Assembly: GCA_963758525.1 (NCBI GenBank)
Contig: CAVWVQ010000003.1
Coordinates: 3,488,001 to 3,552,000, forward strand
Length of the DNA stretch: 64,000 nucleotides
Direction of reading: 5' to 3'
Origin: an uncultured Phycisphaerales bacterium
GTDB lineage: Bacteria > Planctomycetota > Phycisphaerae > Tepidisphaerales > Tepidisphaeraceae
Positions 1 to 10,707 of this stretch are shown one piece after another. The notes under the pieces were generated by a model, which had not been told where the DNA came from, did not search any database, and saw nothing but the letters and a program-made list of their open reading frames with translations. How positions within the stretch are numbered: the stretch's first letter is position 1; the number at the start of each line of letters is the position of its first letter. The position numbers and the translations under genes were made by a program.

Positions 1-2147
1 CCCAGTCCCGTGCCGCCATATTTGCGGGTGGTGGATGCGTCAATCTGCGAGAACGGGAGAAAAAGCCGATCCATGCGATCCGGCGGGATTCCAACGCCGG
101 TATCGCGGACGGAGAAGCGCACGCTTGCTTTTCCATTGGCAGCGTTTGCACTCTCGACACGAATGACCACCTCGCCGTGTTCGGTGAACTTGACGGCGTT
201 GTTCGCAAGATTCACCAGCACCTGACGGATCCGCGAGGGATCTCCGCGAAGCCGGGCGGGAAGTTTCGGATCCACCCGGGACGAAAGCTCCACACCCTTT
301 GCCGAAGCGCGCGTCGCGAGCATTTCCGCGACTTCCTCCACGATGTTGCGCAGGTCAAAGTCGATACTCTCCAATTCCAGTTTCCCGGACTCGATCTTCG
401 AGAAGTCCAGAATCTGATTGATCACCACCAGCAGCGCATCGGCGGAGCTCTTGGCGATCTGGGCGTATCGCCGCTGATGAGGCGGGATGTCCGAATCGAG
501 CAGCAGCTCGGTCATTCCGATCACCCCGTTGAGCGGGGTGCGAATCTCATGGCTCATCGCGGCAAGAAATTCGCTCTTGGCGCGATTGGCCGCCTCGGCA
601 TCGAGTTTCGCATGGCGCAGTTGCTCCTGCGCCTCGCGCCGGTCAGTCACATCGGCCACCATGCCCTCGAAATACAGCAGCTTGCCGCTTTCGTCGGTCA
701 CTGCGCGGGCCTCTTCCGAGATCCAACGGATTGCACCGTCCTTGCGGTAAATCTGCGATTCAAACTGTGAGACCTTGCCGGCATGAGTGATCAGCCGGAC
801 GAAATCATCCCGCCGCATCGGATCGACATAGAGCTGATTGCAGATGTCCGTGACGCTCGCCCGCAGTTCCTCGGCCGACGCGTAACCGTAGATGTGCGCC
901 AATGCCGCATTGCTGCTGAGGTAGTGCCCGTCGAGTGTTGTCTGAAAGATTCCGTGGACGGCATTTTCAAAAATGCTGCGGTATTTTTCCTCGGCCTCGC
1001 GGACGGCCCGCTCGGCGCGTTTGCGTTCGGTGATGTCGCTCTCGATCGCGATGAAGTTGGTGAGCGTGCCTGCGGGATCGTGAATGGGCTGGACGCTTGC
1101 CGCGAGCCAATATTTGCGCCGGTCTTTCGCGTAATTGACGATCTCGACCTGAAATCCCTCGCCGCGTCGAAGTTTTTCCCGCATCTGAAGAACGGTGGCC
1201 GGATCGGTGTCTGGTCCTTGGAGAATCGTTCCCGGCTTGCGTCCGCGCACTTCGTCGGGCGTGTAGCCGGTAATGCGGGTGAAGCCTTCGTTGACCCATT
1301 CGATCTTGCCGTCAACGTCAGTGATAATGACCGCGTTATCGCTGCGGCTGGCCACCAGCGCCAGCTTCTCGGCGTGTTTCGCGTCTGCCTCGGCTCGCTT
1401 GCGGTCGGTGATGTCGCGGATATACGCGACAAACACGGGCGGGCCTTTCAGTTGCACCACATTGAGGGCCAGTTCGACAGGGAACTCGCTTCCATCGGCC
1501 CGCACCGCGGGAACTTCAAGCCGCTTCCCGGTGACCAGCCCTCCCTCCCCGGCCAGATATCTCTGAACTCCGGTGGCATGAACCTCGCGCAGCGCTGGCA
1601 CGACAAGCACCTCGCCGAGATGTTTGCCGACAACGTCACTGCGGGCATAGCCGAATGCACGCTCGGCCGCTGGATTGAACTCGGTGATCCTCCCGTCATC
1701 AGCCATCATGATGATGCAGTCCAGCGACGACTCTCTCACCGCGTCCAGTTCGGCATTGCGGCGCTGCAACTCGGCGGTGCGATCGGCAACCCTTTGCTCC
1801 AGATTGCCGATTGCGTCCAGGCGTTTGCGCAGCGACTCGCGCAGGATTCGCGCGATCAAATGCAAGGCTCGTGTCGGGTGTCGCAGGTCGATCAGTTGGA
1901 GCCTTGTGTGGAGTTGACGGTGCGATTGCCCCTGGTCGGCGGCCATTTCCGCAACCGGTCGTGGCTTCTCCTCGGTCTGTACTCCCGAGGTTCGGCGCGA
2001 GCGGTTGTGCATAATGCACACGGTCACCGCGCCGACCAGCAGCGCCTGGACTCCGTGTTCGTTGGGATCGCACCAGCCGCCGACCAGCGCGGCAGACAAC
2101 ACGAGCGCCACTCCTGCGCACGGAATCAGATATACCGGCGAACGCAT
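1..2147 (-). CDS. PAS-domain sensor histidine kinase (probably hybrid), runs off the window start
   Basis: Absent from the ORF track because it has no stop in the window. My minus-strand translation from ATG 2147 gives an N-terminal hydrophobic segment, PAS-like repeats ([14 protein letters not shown]...), H-box [23 protein letters not shown] and G2 box [19 protein letters not shown]. Confidence 0.92.
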   Translation of the reverse strand, partial: MRSPVYLIPCAGVALVLSAALVGGWCDPNEHGVQALLVGAVTVCIMHNRSRRTSGVQTEEKPRPVAEMAADQGQSHRQLHTRLQLIDLRHPTRALHLIARILRESLRKRLDAIGNLEQRVADRTAELQRRNAELDAVRESSLDCIIMMADDGRITEFNPAAERAFGYARSDVVGKHLGEVLVVPALREVHATGVQRYLAGEGGLVTGKRLEVPAVRADGSEFPVELALNVVQLKGPPVFVAYIRDITDRKRAEADAKHAEKLALVASRSDNAVIITDVDGKIEWVNEGFTRITGYTPDEVRGRKPGTILQGPDTDPATVLQMREKLRRGEGFQVEIVNYAKDRRKYWLAASVQPIHDPAGTLTNFIAIESDITERKRAERAVREAEEKYRSIFENAVHGIFQTTLDGHYLSSNAALAHIYGYASAEELRASVTDICNQLYVDPMRRDDFVRLITHAGKVSQFESQIYRKDGAIRWISEEARAVTDESGKLLYFEGMVADVTDRREAQEQLRHAKLDAEAANRAKSEFLAAMSHEIRTPLNGVIGMTELLLDSDIPPHQRRYAQIAKSSADALLVVINQILDFSKIESGKLELESIDFDLRNIVEEVAEMLATRASAKGVELSSRVDPKLPARLRGDPSRIRQVLVNLANNAVKFTEHGEVVIRVESANAANGKASVRFSVRDTGVGIPPDRMDRLFLPFSQIDASTTRKYGGTGL

Positions 2148-2276
2148 GAACTCCTCACGAGCAGGCACCTTGGGCGCAGCCCAAACACGATCGGTGAAAC
2201 GGCATCCTCGTAAGATGTATCGGGGGGATCGGCGGCGCTATTTATGTGGCCGGCGTTATTTATGCCGGCAGCAGGC

Positions 2277-3560
2277 TCAGCCGCGCTCGGGCGCCACGAG
2301 GTCTTCGTAGGTTTCGCGCCGGCGGATGATCCGATAAGAATCGCCTGCGACAAGCACTTCGGGGGCTCGGGGGCGGTTGTTGTAGTTGCTGCTCATCGAA
2401 AAGCCGTAAGCGCCGGCGGTGAATACCGCCAGTAAATCCCCGCGCTGCGTGCGGGGAAGCGGCCGATTCCTCGCGAGAAAATCGCCGCTTTCGCAGATGG
2501 GTCCGACAATGTCAACGATCTCACCATGCCTCGGCGCGACATCCTTGCTGCGACGATCCAGCACGTTTCCCTCGTCCGGTTTTACCGGCCAGATGAAGTG
2601 GTAAGCATCGTAGAGCATCGGCCGAATCAGGTCGTTCATCCCCGCGTCTACGATCACAAAGTGCTTCTCGCCGCTGCTTTTGCGATAGAGAACGCGCGTG
2701 AGAACAATGCCCGCGTTGCCGGCAATGTAGCGCCCGGGCTCCAGCGCAATACGGTACGGCTTGCCGGAAAGCAGGGGCAAGAGGGCTTTGGCGTGCTCCG
2801 TGATCGGCAGTGCCTGTTCGGGCCGCTCGTAGTCGACGCCAAATCCGCCCCCCAGATCGAGCCACTCGATCTTGTGGCCCCGTTCGGCGAGGCGATCGAT
2901 CAGCGCCGTTACCTTCTCCACCGCATCGACGTAAGGCTGAATTTCATAAACGGGCGAGCCGATGTGAATGTGCAAGCCGCCGATTCTCAAATTTTTCAGT
3001 GAACGATACTGCTCGAATACGCGCTCGGCCCGCTCGATGTCCACACCGAACTTCGTCTCTTTCTTTCCTGTCGTCGTATGACGATGCGTCTTTGGATCGA
3101 CATCGGGGTTGATGCGCAGTGCGCCGATCGCCGTTTTTCCAGCCAGGCCGGCGACCCGATCGATGTTCTCGATTTCCGCTTCGCTTTCGATATTGAACGC
3201 GGCAATCCCCGCGTCGAGCGCTTCGCGAATCTCCTCGTCGGTCTTGCCCACGCCGGCATAGATGATTTTTTTCGGATCACCGCCGGCCTGGAGCCGCCGG
3301 AAGAGTTCTCCGCCGCTGGTCACGTCAAATCCGCAGCCTTCATTAGCGAGCAGCTTGCAGATGTTGAGGTTGCCGCAACTCTTGATCGAGTAGCAGACGG
3401 TCGCGTTGACCGGTGCGAAGGCCTTGGCGATCTGCCGATAATGGTGCAGCAACGTGGCTGAGGAGTAGACGTACGCTGGCGTTCCCACTTCGCGGGCAAT
3501 TTGTTCGGCCGAGACATCTTCGCAATAGAGCTCGCCGTTGCGATAAGCAAAAAAGTCCAT
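2277..3560 (-). CDS. lysA: Diaminopimelate decarboxylase
   Basis: YSIKS PLP lysine, HIHIGS, DLGGG, EPGR, GPICESGD and GAYGFSMSSNYNNRPRAPEV motifs. Confidence 0.97.
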   Translation of the reverse strand: MDFFAYRNGELYCEDVSAEQIAREVGTPAYVYSSATLLHHYRQIAKAFAPVNATVCYSIKSCGNLNICKLLANEGCGFDVTSGGELFRRLQAGGDPKKIIYAGVGKTDEEIREALDAGIAAFNIESEAEIENIDRVAGLAGKTAIGALRINPDVDPKTHRHTTTGKKETKFGVDIERAERVFEQYRSLKNLRIGGLHIHIGSPVYEIQPYVDAVEKVTALIDRLAERGHKIEWLDLGGGFGVDYERPEQALPITEHAKALLPLLSGKPYRIALEPGRYIAGNAGIVLTRVLYRKSSGEKHFVIVDAGMNDLIRPMLYDAYHFIWPVKPDEGNVLDRRSKDVAPRHGEIVDIVGPICESGDFLARNRPLPRTQRGDLLAVFTAGAYGFSMSSNYNNRPRAPEVLVAGDSYRIIRRRETYEDLVAPERG

Positions 3561-3575
3561 GGTTTGTCCGTGCGG

Positions 3576-4418
3576 TCAATCAGTGATCATCGGGCGCAGA
3601 TGCTCGAATGCACGCTGCGCCACGCCGGCGGCGGTTGTTTCGTAAGGATACAGCTCCACCGTCGTCCATCCCGTATAACCGACATCTTCAATTGCCGCAA
3701 AAACCGCGGGAAAATCGATCACGCCGCGGCCGGGGGTCAGATGCTGATGGACGCGGTTCTTCCCGATGTCTTCCAAGTGAATGTGCGCGATGTGTTCGGG
3801 CAGCGATCGAATGATCGTCGCCGGATCGTCTTCGACACAGAAGAGATGTCCGATATCGCAATTCATGCGAACCATCGGCTCATCTGGAAAAAAGCGATTC
3901 TTGAATTCGAGGTATTCGGCGGCGGTTTCGATGAACAGCCCTGGCTCCGGCTCGACCGCGAGAATAACGTTGTGCTGCCGCGCCGCGGGCACGACGCGCG
4001 ACAGCCCTTCTGCGAATCGCTCGCCCGCCTCATCGCGTGAGAGCGTCGTCCCGATCAGCGGTCCGCCTGGCTGAAGGCTGACTGTTGCCGCCCCCAGGGC
4101 CGCCGCGAGCTCGATAGCGCCGATGGTATGTTGCACACGCGTCTCGCGGAGCTTCGCGTCATCCTCAATCCAGGTCGGGTGATAGGTGTCGCCGCAGGCA
4201 AACAGCGTGAATGCGTTCACATTGCTCGCCTGCATGCCAGCGGTTTCGATCTGCTGGCGCACCGTGCGGCGTTCGACCGCGTTCAGGTTTGCGGGCAATG
4301 CATGCGGGATATCCGCCATCACTTCAACGCCGCGGTATCCGATGGTTGCAACGGAGTTGATCGCCTCTTCGAGCGTGTTCTTTTTGAAGGCGTTGCTGGA
4401 GAAGGCAAGGCGGATCAT
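3576..4418 (-). CDS. Sugar phosphate isomerase/epimerase (xylose isomerase-like TIM barrel)
   Basis: Metal-binding motifs AVEPEP, NCDIGH, HIHLED and TVELYPY. Confidence 0.85.
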   Translation of the reverse strand: MIRLAFSSNAFKKNTLEEAINSVATIGYRGVEVMADIPHALPANLNAVERRTVRQQIETAGMQASNVNAFTLFACGDTYHPTWIEDDAKLRETRVQHTIGAIELAAALGAATVSLQPGGPLIGTTLSRDEAGERFAEGLSRVVPAARQHNVILAVEPEPGLFIETAAEYLEFKNRFFPDEPMVRMNCDIGHLFCVEDDPATIIRSLPEHIAHIHLEDIGKNRVHQHLTPGRGVIDFPAVFAAIEDVGYTGWTTVELYPYETTAAGVAQRAFEHLRPMITD

Positions 4419-4566
4419 GCAAGGATTTTAGCGCGGCCGGAGAGGAACGCCAATGACGGGCCGCCCGAGTGCCCGGCGGGCGCGAAAGTCGGGGACAGCG
4501 TAATCCGCGACGATATCGGCTGCCTCCCCCTCGCCTGATACTGCTCCCGCGCCCGATGCCCTTGCC

Positions 4567-6002
4567 TCAATTCCCCTCAAAAGTGAGCCCAATCCTGAGC
4601 GGCAACATGTAGAGACTCTCCGGCGATTCGGTGAATGTGCCGGTGGCACTGATCGACCTTTCGTTTCTCTGCAACTTCACCGTCCCAAGGAAATCGATTG
4701 CCGGTTGGAGCGACGGCTGTGCCGGCAGGGCGGCTTTGAGAAGCGCCTCGCCCTCTGCGAGGAATCGGTTCAACTGCTGCAATGCCGCCGCCGCGGTCTG
4801 CACGTCCGGCGACTCGCCGCGCGCGGTCAAATTCAATGCGCCGTTGTTTTGATCCCCAACCAATGTGACCGTGTCAAACCCATCGAGCCCGGGAAGCTGG
4901 CGATACGCATCGGAAACCTGCACGGCGATCCACAGCGCGTGAGCCGCGTTGCTGGCGGAGGGCAGCATCTGCCGCACCATCGCCGCCATCTTCGGGGATC
5001 TCTTCAGCGGCGGCTCGCGCGTCTTCGCTGCGGCGATCATTTCCTGCACGGGAGCGTGCTCTCCACCGGGCGAAAACATGACGATGCATTCTCGATCCGA
5101 CGGAAAGAAGATCGTTGTTTCCTTGTCCGGCTCGAAAATTTCAACCCCGTCGACTGTGTGCAGAGCCGCTCCGTGTTCGCGAAGCGCCCGCGCCGCGTTC
5201 GCGGAATCAAATTGGCCGGAGGAAGTGATCGTCAGACATCCGTGATTCGGGTCGATGTTCTCCGACAGGCCGATGTTCAATGTGTCCAGCCGCATGTCGC
5301 CCAATTGCTCGGCAACATTGAGTGCTGTTCGACTCAAGCCCGCGACGAAGCGGGCGCTGTCCTGTCCGGCCCGCATGTGAAGGTGCGCGGCCACCTGACC
5401 CGCGTCGACCGGCCCGCTGTGGCGAGGAAGCAGTTGCGCGACCGCGCGGCAATCGGAAGGCAGCATCCACACTTCGTTTACGGCCTCTGCCCGCAAGTCG
5501 CGATTGGTCTGCTGTCCGTCGATTCCGGCGATTGCCGACCGCGCATAGTCAGAGACAAACATCTCGACCGACGAGAGTTGGGTTTGCAGAAACGGACGAG
5601 CCTTTGGGTCCCTCAATTCTCCAAGCGCTCGCAGCGCCATCAGCCGTCGCACGGCCGCGGCCGTTCGTTGCGGCTGCAGCAGTTTGATCAGCCTGGAGGA
5701 GCGTTCCGCTATTTCCGGATCAGCGCCGTCGGCGGCCTCGCGAAGCTGCGGAAGCGCCGGCACCCCAATCCGTAAAATCTGCTCCGACGCCGCATCACGA
5801 ACATGCGGATCAGCAGCCCCCAGATCGGCGATGACCTTCGCAAAATCCTGCGCCGCGCCGGTCCGGCTTCGTGCAGCATCGCATCGGTCGTTACAACAAT
5901 GCCGCGATCGTTCCAATAGCCCTGAGTCGGCACATAATCGAGGAGGTCGCCGCTGCCACCGCCGACGATAAAACTGAGCAGGACAAGGAAGCTGGGATTC
6001 AT
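4567..6002 (-). CDS. Exported HEAT-repeat-containing hypothetical protein, frameshifted near 5860
   Basis: The N-terminus MNPSFLVLLSFIVGGG... (frame of ORF 5709..6125) continues in ORF 4567..5916 with HEAT-like LGAADPHVRDAASEQI. Confidence 0.65.
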
Positions 6003-6072
6003 ATTAGAAAAGATACCGCGCGGCCAATCCGCTCGCATTGGGCCGGTGCGCGACCGTTGCTGCGTCCTAACC

Positions 6073-6106
6073 CCCTCTCCCGGAGTACCGGAGTACCGGG
6101 AGAGGG
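6073..6106. repeat. REP-like palindrome, family A (CCCTCTCCCGGAGTACC..GGGAGAGGG)
   Basis: Inverted repeat with an internally duplicated GGAGTACC; a related copy lies at 47948-47988. Confidence 0.7.
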
Positions 6107-6194
6107 TGCAACGGCGGCAAATCACAACGATCGAGGATCACATCCAAACGGTAGGGTGTAACTTTTATTTGTGGCGATTGCAGATTTTGCGATC

Positions 6195-6262
6195 GTAGGG
6201 CCGGATTCATCCCGCCGTTTTCTCAGCCGGCCAACAAATCGGCGGGATGAATCCCGCCCTAC
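6195..6262. repeat. GTAG-type REP doublet (REPIN-like)
   Basis: GTAGGGCCGGATTCATCCCGCCG ... CGGCGGGATGAATCCCGCCCTAC inverted pair; near-identical arms at 62905-62962. Confidence 0.85.
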
Positions 6263-6360
6263 TCGGAGCCGATCGCCACTTTCGAGCGCCACACCCAAAC
6301 GGTACGGCTCGATGAAACGGCGTTGAAGGACGCCAGCCACTCCGCTACAACCCGCCTTGG

Positions 6361-7464
6361 ATGAGCGGACTCAGTTACGAGAATAGCGGCGTGAACTACG
6401 ACCGGCTCGACGCTTTCAAGCGAGCCTGTCAGCGAGCGGCGGCGCCGACGGCCGATGCTCTGGCAGCACACCGCCTTTCGGAGCCGGCCGGGATTCGGGG
6501 GGAAAGCGCCTACCTGCTGGAAAGTCCCGAGGAATATCTTGCCCATGTCGAAGAGGGACTGGGAACGAAAAACTTGATTGCCGACGCAATGGCGAAGCTG
6601 ACTGGCAAGACGTGGTACCGGTCGATCGGAATCGACACGGTGGCCACGATCGTCAACGACCTGGCGACGACGGGCGCGCTGCCGGTCAGCGTGGCGATGC
6701 ACGCGGCGGTGGGGGACGCGGAGTGGTTTGCCGACGCGGCGCGGGCCGAGGCGCTGGCGGACGGCTTTGCCTCCGCTTGTCGCGCCGCCGGGGCGGTGTG
6801 GGGCGGCGGCGAAACCCCGACGCTGCGGGGAATCGTCGCGCCCGAGGCGATCGTGCTCGCGGGCTCGGCAGTCGGACGAATTCGGCCCAAGCACCTTCGC
6901 ATCGTCGGCGATGTGCACGCGGGAGACGCCATCATCATGGTCGCAAGCTCCGGCGTGCAGACCAACGGGCTGACGCTCTGCCGAACGCTGGCGGATCGAC
7001 TTCCCGACGGCTACCTCACGACCATGCGCGATGGACGCTTGTACGGCGAAGCCTTGCTCGATCCGTCGGTGATCTACGTGAAGCTGATCGCGGAATTGCA
7101 GAAGGCGCGTATTCGACCGCACTACGCCGTCCACGTTACGGGCCACGGATGGCGCAAGCTCATGCGTCTCGACGAGCCGTTTGTTTACCGGATCGAGACG
7201 TTGCGCGCTCCGCATCCGGTTTTTGAGTTCATCGCAGAACACGGCCCGGTGGAACAGCGGGAGGCATATGCCACATTCAACATGGGCGTCGGTTTTGCGC
7301 TGTATCTTGCCCCGGCCGACGTGAGTCGCTGCCTGGAAATCGCAGCCCAGTCCGGATATGACGCGTGGGAAGCGGGGGCGGTTTGCAGGGAGGACAAGCG
7401 GAAGGCTGTGGAGATTCAGCCGCTCGGAATTACCTTCGAAGGTGAGACACTCCAGGTGCGGTAA
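6361..7464 (+). CDS. purM: Phosphoribosylaminoimidazole (AIR) synthetase
   Basis: YENSGVN start, GLGTK, IDTVATIVNDL, GGETP, SSGVQTNG, HVTGHG and TFNMGVG. Confidence 0.9.
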   Translation: MSGLSYENSGVNYDRLDAFKRACQRAAAPTADALAAHRLSEPAGIRGESAYLLESPEEYLAHVEEGLGTKNLIADAMAKLTGKTWYRSIGIDTVATIVNDLATTGALPVSVAMHAAVGDAEWFADAARAEALADGFASACRAAGAVWGGGETPTLRGIVAPEAIVLAGSAVGRIRPKHLRIVGDVHAGDAIIMVASSGVQTNGLTLCRTLADRLPDGYLTTMRDGRLYGEALLDPSVIYVKLIAELQKARIRPHYAVHVTGHGWRKLMRLDEPFVYRIETLRAPHPVFEFIAEHGPVEQREAYATFNMGVGFALYLAPADVSRCLEIAAQSGYDAWEAGAVCREDKRKAVEIQPLGITFEGETLQVR

Positions 7465-7512
7465 GACACGCTTGTAAGATTCCGCAGCGAAATACGGCGT
7501 CGTTCGTTTACA

Positions 7513-7914
7513 ATGCAGCCGAACCTTCCAGGTTCGGAGCAGCATGTAATGCCGACAGAATTTATTGCAGTAAAGGCCGCGGGTGCGATCAACGTCGTAG
7601 AGCTGGCGTTGCCGGTAGCAATGGACGCCGAGGAATTTGATCGTCTGAACGCAGCCGTGTCACGGCTGCTGATCGATCCCGGCGGTAACCTTTGGGTGCT
7701 CGATCTTTCTCACGTCTCCTATTTGGGCAGCACTGCGCTGGGACTGATGGTCAACCTGCGGCAGCAAATCAAGACGGCGGGGGGGCGATTGGTCCTCTGC
7801 GGACTTTCGCAGCGGCTGGTGCAGATTTTCCACACGTGTTGTCTTGAGCGGCTGTTCACGATCGTCAAGACACAGGAGGACGCACTGCGCGAACTTAAAC
7901 ACGCGAGAAGTTGA
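7513..7914 (+). CDS. STAS-domain anti-sigma factor antagonist
   Basis: VLDLSHVSYLGSTALGLMV...GGRLVLCGLS. Confidence 0.9.
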   Translation: MQPNLPGSEQHVMPTEFIAVKAAGAINVVELALPVAMDAEEFDRLNAAVSRLLIDPGGNLWVLDLSHVSYLGSTALGLMVNLRQQIKTAGGRLVLCGLSQRLVQIFHTCCLERLFTIVKTQEDALRELKHARS

Positions 7915-7963
7915 TCGTGGTGCGGCAATGGTCCATCGCGGGATGGCCGGGTCGAGATGACCG

Positions 7964-8764
7964 TCAAACGTGCGCGCGGATGATGGCGGCCATGCGCCCC
8001 GTGCGGCCGTGTTCCCGGCGATGCGAGAAGAACTCGTCGGCATCGTGGTACGTGCAGCGATCGCTCGTGTCCATGCGATCGGCGGTAATCCCGGCAGCCG
8101 CAAGCTGCAGTCGAATGGCCTGGCGAAGATCGACGAATCCCTTTCCCCCGCCGGCGGCGCGAATCGGAGCGTCGTTGCCAAAACAACGGCCAAATTCCGC
8201 AAGCACTTCCGGTCCGACTTCAAACGCATCAAACCCGATGCAAGGCCCGATCGCCGCGAACACCTCGTCGGCCGAACGATCGGGCTCCAGCAACTCGCGT
8301 AACGCGGCGGGCACTACGCCGCCAACCACGCCGCGCCATCCGGCGTGAACCGCGGCCACCGTCTTCCCGTCGCGCAGGGCCAGCAACACCGGAACGCAAT
8401 CCGCAACCCGCACCGACGCGATGCGGTTCGGATCATCGCTGACAATGGCGTCGGCCTTTGAGGAGTTCTCGAAATGCTCGCCTCGCGCAGCCCGAAGCAC
8501 GCGCGCCCCATGCACCTGATGCACGCGCATCAGCTCCAGCGATCCGCATCCCGACGCGGCGGCCAACAAGCGGTAGTTTTCCCAGATCCGCTCGTAATCA
8601 TCGGCAACGTCGCAGCCGCTCGGATTGCCGAGATTCAGGGAATCAAACGGCGCCGGGCTGAGCCCGCCGAGGCGGGTGCTGAAGGCGTGAGGAATCTCCG
8701 CGGATTCGAGCAAAGGGGAAGCATAATAGACCACTCCGTTGGCAGCCGAGCGGCGCTCGAGCAT
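7964..8764 (-). CDS. pgeF: Peptidoglycan editing factor / polyphenol oxidase family (YfiH)
   Basis: FSTRLGG, QVHG, ADCVPVLL, HAGWRG, GPCIG and FFSHRR; start taken at MLERRS. Confidence 0.93.
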   Translation of the reverse strand: MLERRSAANGVVYYASPLLESAEIPHAFSTRLGGLSPAPFDSLNLGNPSGCDVADDYERIWENYRLLAAASGCGSLELMRVHQVHGARVLRAARGEHFENSSKADAIVSDDPNRIASVRVADCVPVLLALRDGKTVAAVHAGWRGVVGGVVPAALRELLEPDRSADEVFAAIGPCIGFDAFEVGPEVLAEFGRCFGNDAPIRAAGGGKGFVDLRQAIRLQLAAAGITADRMDTSDRCTYHDADEFFSHRREHGRTGRMAAIIRAHV

Positions 8765-8775
8765 TTTGCACTCCG

Positions 8776-10629
8776 TTACCCGTGCTGTTTTTGCAATAGG
8801 GTTGAAACCTTCGACAAACCGTTCCTGGCGCTGGCCAGGTTCGGATCCAAAATGAGGGCATGATGAAAATGCTCGGCGGCGTGCTGCAGATCGCCTCGCA
8901 TGAGAAATACGTTTGCCAGACTGGACTCGATCTTCGCGGACCCCGGATTCAATGCAATGCACCGTTCGAGTTCTTCGGTTGCGCTGGCCAAATCTCCCTC
9001 TGCCACGAACGCAACTGCCAGCCGGTAATGTGCGTCTTCGTCATTCGGTCTGGCGGCCAGGTAGAGCTTGTATTGTTTGACCGCTTGATCGAAACGCCCC
9101 AGGCCGACCAGTGCATCACCCCACTTCAGGCGGACGTGAAGTCTGGTCGGGTCGACTACCATTTCCATGTCATATAGCTGAACAGCTCCGTCCAACTCTC
9201 CCCGCTTGACCTCGGCATCGCCCAATGCTTCCTTCACGCCGGGTCTCACCGGGTGAAGCCGGATTGACTTGCGGAAATGCGCTTCGGCTCCCTCGTAATC
9301 CTGCTGTCGCGCCAGCTCACTGGCAATGTGACCTTCCGCCAGCCAGTTGTCCTCGACGGCGTTGTTCGCGTGGAGAAACAGCGAGTAATCGTCATGCCAA
9401 TAGCCGATCTGGCCCACCGTGAGGGCTGCGAGAACGGCGAGGATGGCGCCGATTCCCAGAGCGCATTTGCGCTGACCAAGAGGGTAGCGGTGTACAAACT
9501 CCGCGCCGATCCAGCAGATCGCGATCGTGATCCCGATAGACGGCAGATAGGTGTATCGATCGGCAATCGACTGCGACCCGACTTGCACCAGCCCGATCGC
9601 GGGAACCAGCAGTCCGCAGAACCACAGCCAGCCGACAATGAGATAAGGGCGACGTCGCGCCTGCCAAAGTGCGAGGGTCGTGAGCAGCGTCAGTAAAACC
9701 CCCGAGCAGGTGATCTCCCAGATGGGCCAAGTGGGGGACGGCAGCGGATAAAACACGCACAAGTCGATCGGCAAAAAGATCGCTTTCAAATATCGCGCAT
9801 ATCCGACACAACTGTTGGCGATCCGAAGGGGAAGCGTAAAGCTGCGTTCCATGACCGAACCGCCCGCGAACTGGGCTTCATAGGTCACGACGCACGAGGC
9901 GGCGGCCATGAGTAAAAACGGCACCTTCTCCAGCGCGAGCAGTGCTGCAGCGGACTTGTTCAATCTGCGCCATCGCTCGAGCGGCCAGTAATCCACAAGA
10001 ATCAAAAGGCACGGCAGGGTGACGATCATCGGTTTGGCCATCAATCCAAGGGCATAGCATCCGATCGCCGCCCAGTAAGATGCCGCTTTGGAATGGCGAA
10101 CGTAGTGTGCGTAGAACAGCAGTGTCAGAAAAAAGAAAAAACCGCACAGCACGTCTTTCCGCTCCGCGGTCCACGCCACCGACTCCACTCGCAGCGGATG
10201 CCAGGCAAAGAGGGCCGCGCAGATCGCGCTGGGCCATCGTTGACGAGTCGCGCCAAGAAGGAAAAGGAAAAGCAGCATGGCGTTGGCTGCATGCAGCAAG
10301 GCGTTGATCGCATGTGTCGCGGCAGGAAGATCCGCAAAGAGCTGGGCGTCGAGTTGAAGCGAGAGCCAGGTGAGCGGATGCCAGTTGGAGCCCTGCACGG
10401 TTGTGAAGGCCCACTTGAAATTGTCGACACTCAGGCCGGACAAAACGTGCTGATTATGGGCGACGTAGTCCATGTCATCGAAATCGACGAACTCATTTCG
10501 CAGGGAGGGGAGGTACAGCAGCAGTGTGAACAGGAACAGACTCGCGGCAATCCAGGGCGTTTTGATCGGCGGCGCGCTTTCCAGCGGCTGGGCGCTCTGC
10601 CTGGGGAATTGCGCGGTTCGTATCGACAT
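8776..10629 (-). CDS. TMTC-like (GT-C fold) membrane protein with C-terminal TPRs, paralog 1
   Basis: FVDFDD after TM1, WHPLTW, HPLRVESVAW..ERKDVL, LMAKPM, ADRYTYLP, then TPR helices. Confidence 0.85.
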   Translation of the reverse strand: MSIRTAQFPRQSAQPLESAPPIKTPWIAASLFLFTLLLYLPSLRNEFVDFDDMDYVAHNQHVLSGLSVDNFKWAFTTVQGSNWHPLTWLSLQLDAQLFADLPAATHAINALLHAANAMLLFLFLLGATRQRWPSAICAALFAWHPLRVESVAWTAERKDVLCGFFFFLTLLFYAHYVRHSKAASYWAAIGCYALGLMAKPMIVTLPCLLILVDYWPLERWRRLNKSAAALLALEKVPFLLMAAASCVVTYEAQFAGGSVMERSFTLPLRIANSCVGYARYLKAIFLPIDLCVFYPLPSPTWPIWEITCSGVLLTLLTTLALWQARRRPYLIVGWLWFCGLLVPAIGLVQVGSQSIADRYTYLPSIGITIAICWIGAEFVHRYPLGQRKCALGIGAILAVLAALTVGQIGYWHDDYSLFLHANNAVEDNWLAEGHIASELARQQDYEGAEAHFRKSIRLHPVRPGVKEALGDAEVKRGELDGAVQLYDMEMVVDPTRLHVRLKWGDALVGLGRFDQAVKQYKLYLAARPNDEDAHYRLAVAFVAEGDLASATEELERCIALNPGSAKIESSLANVFLMRGDLQHAAEHFHHALILDPNLASARNGLSKVSTLLQKQHG

Positions 10630-10707
10630 CCTACGGCCGATGATACTGTCGATCGCACCGAGTGTCCCAGACGCGACACACGAAGACACGAAGCATTCTG
10701 CGCTCCA

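Noticed and set aside
177..2213. Long + strand ORFs 177..770 and 783..2213
   Set aside because: Antisense shadows of the minus-strand histidine kinase.
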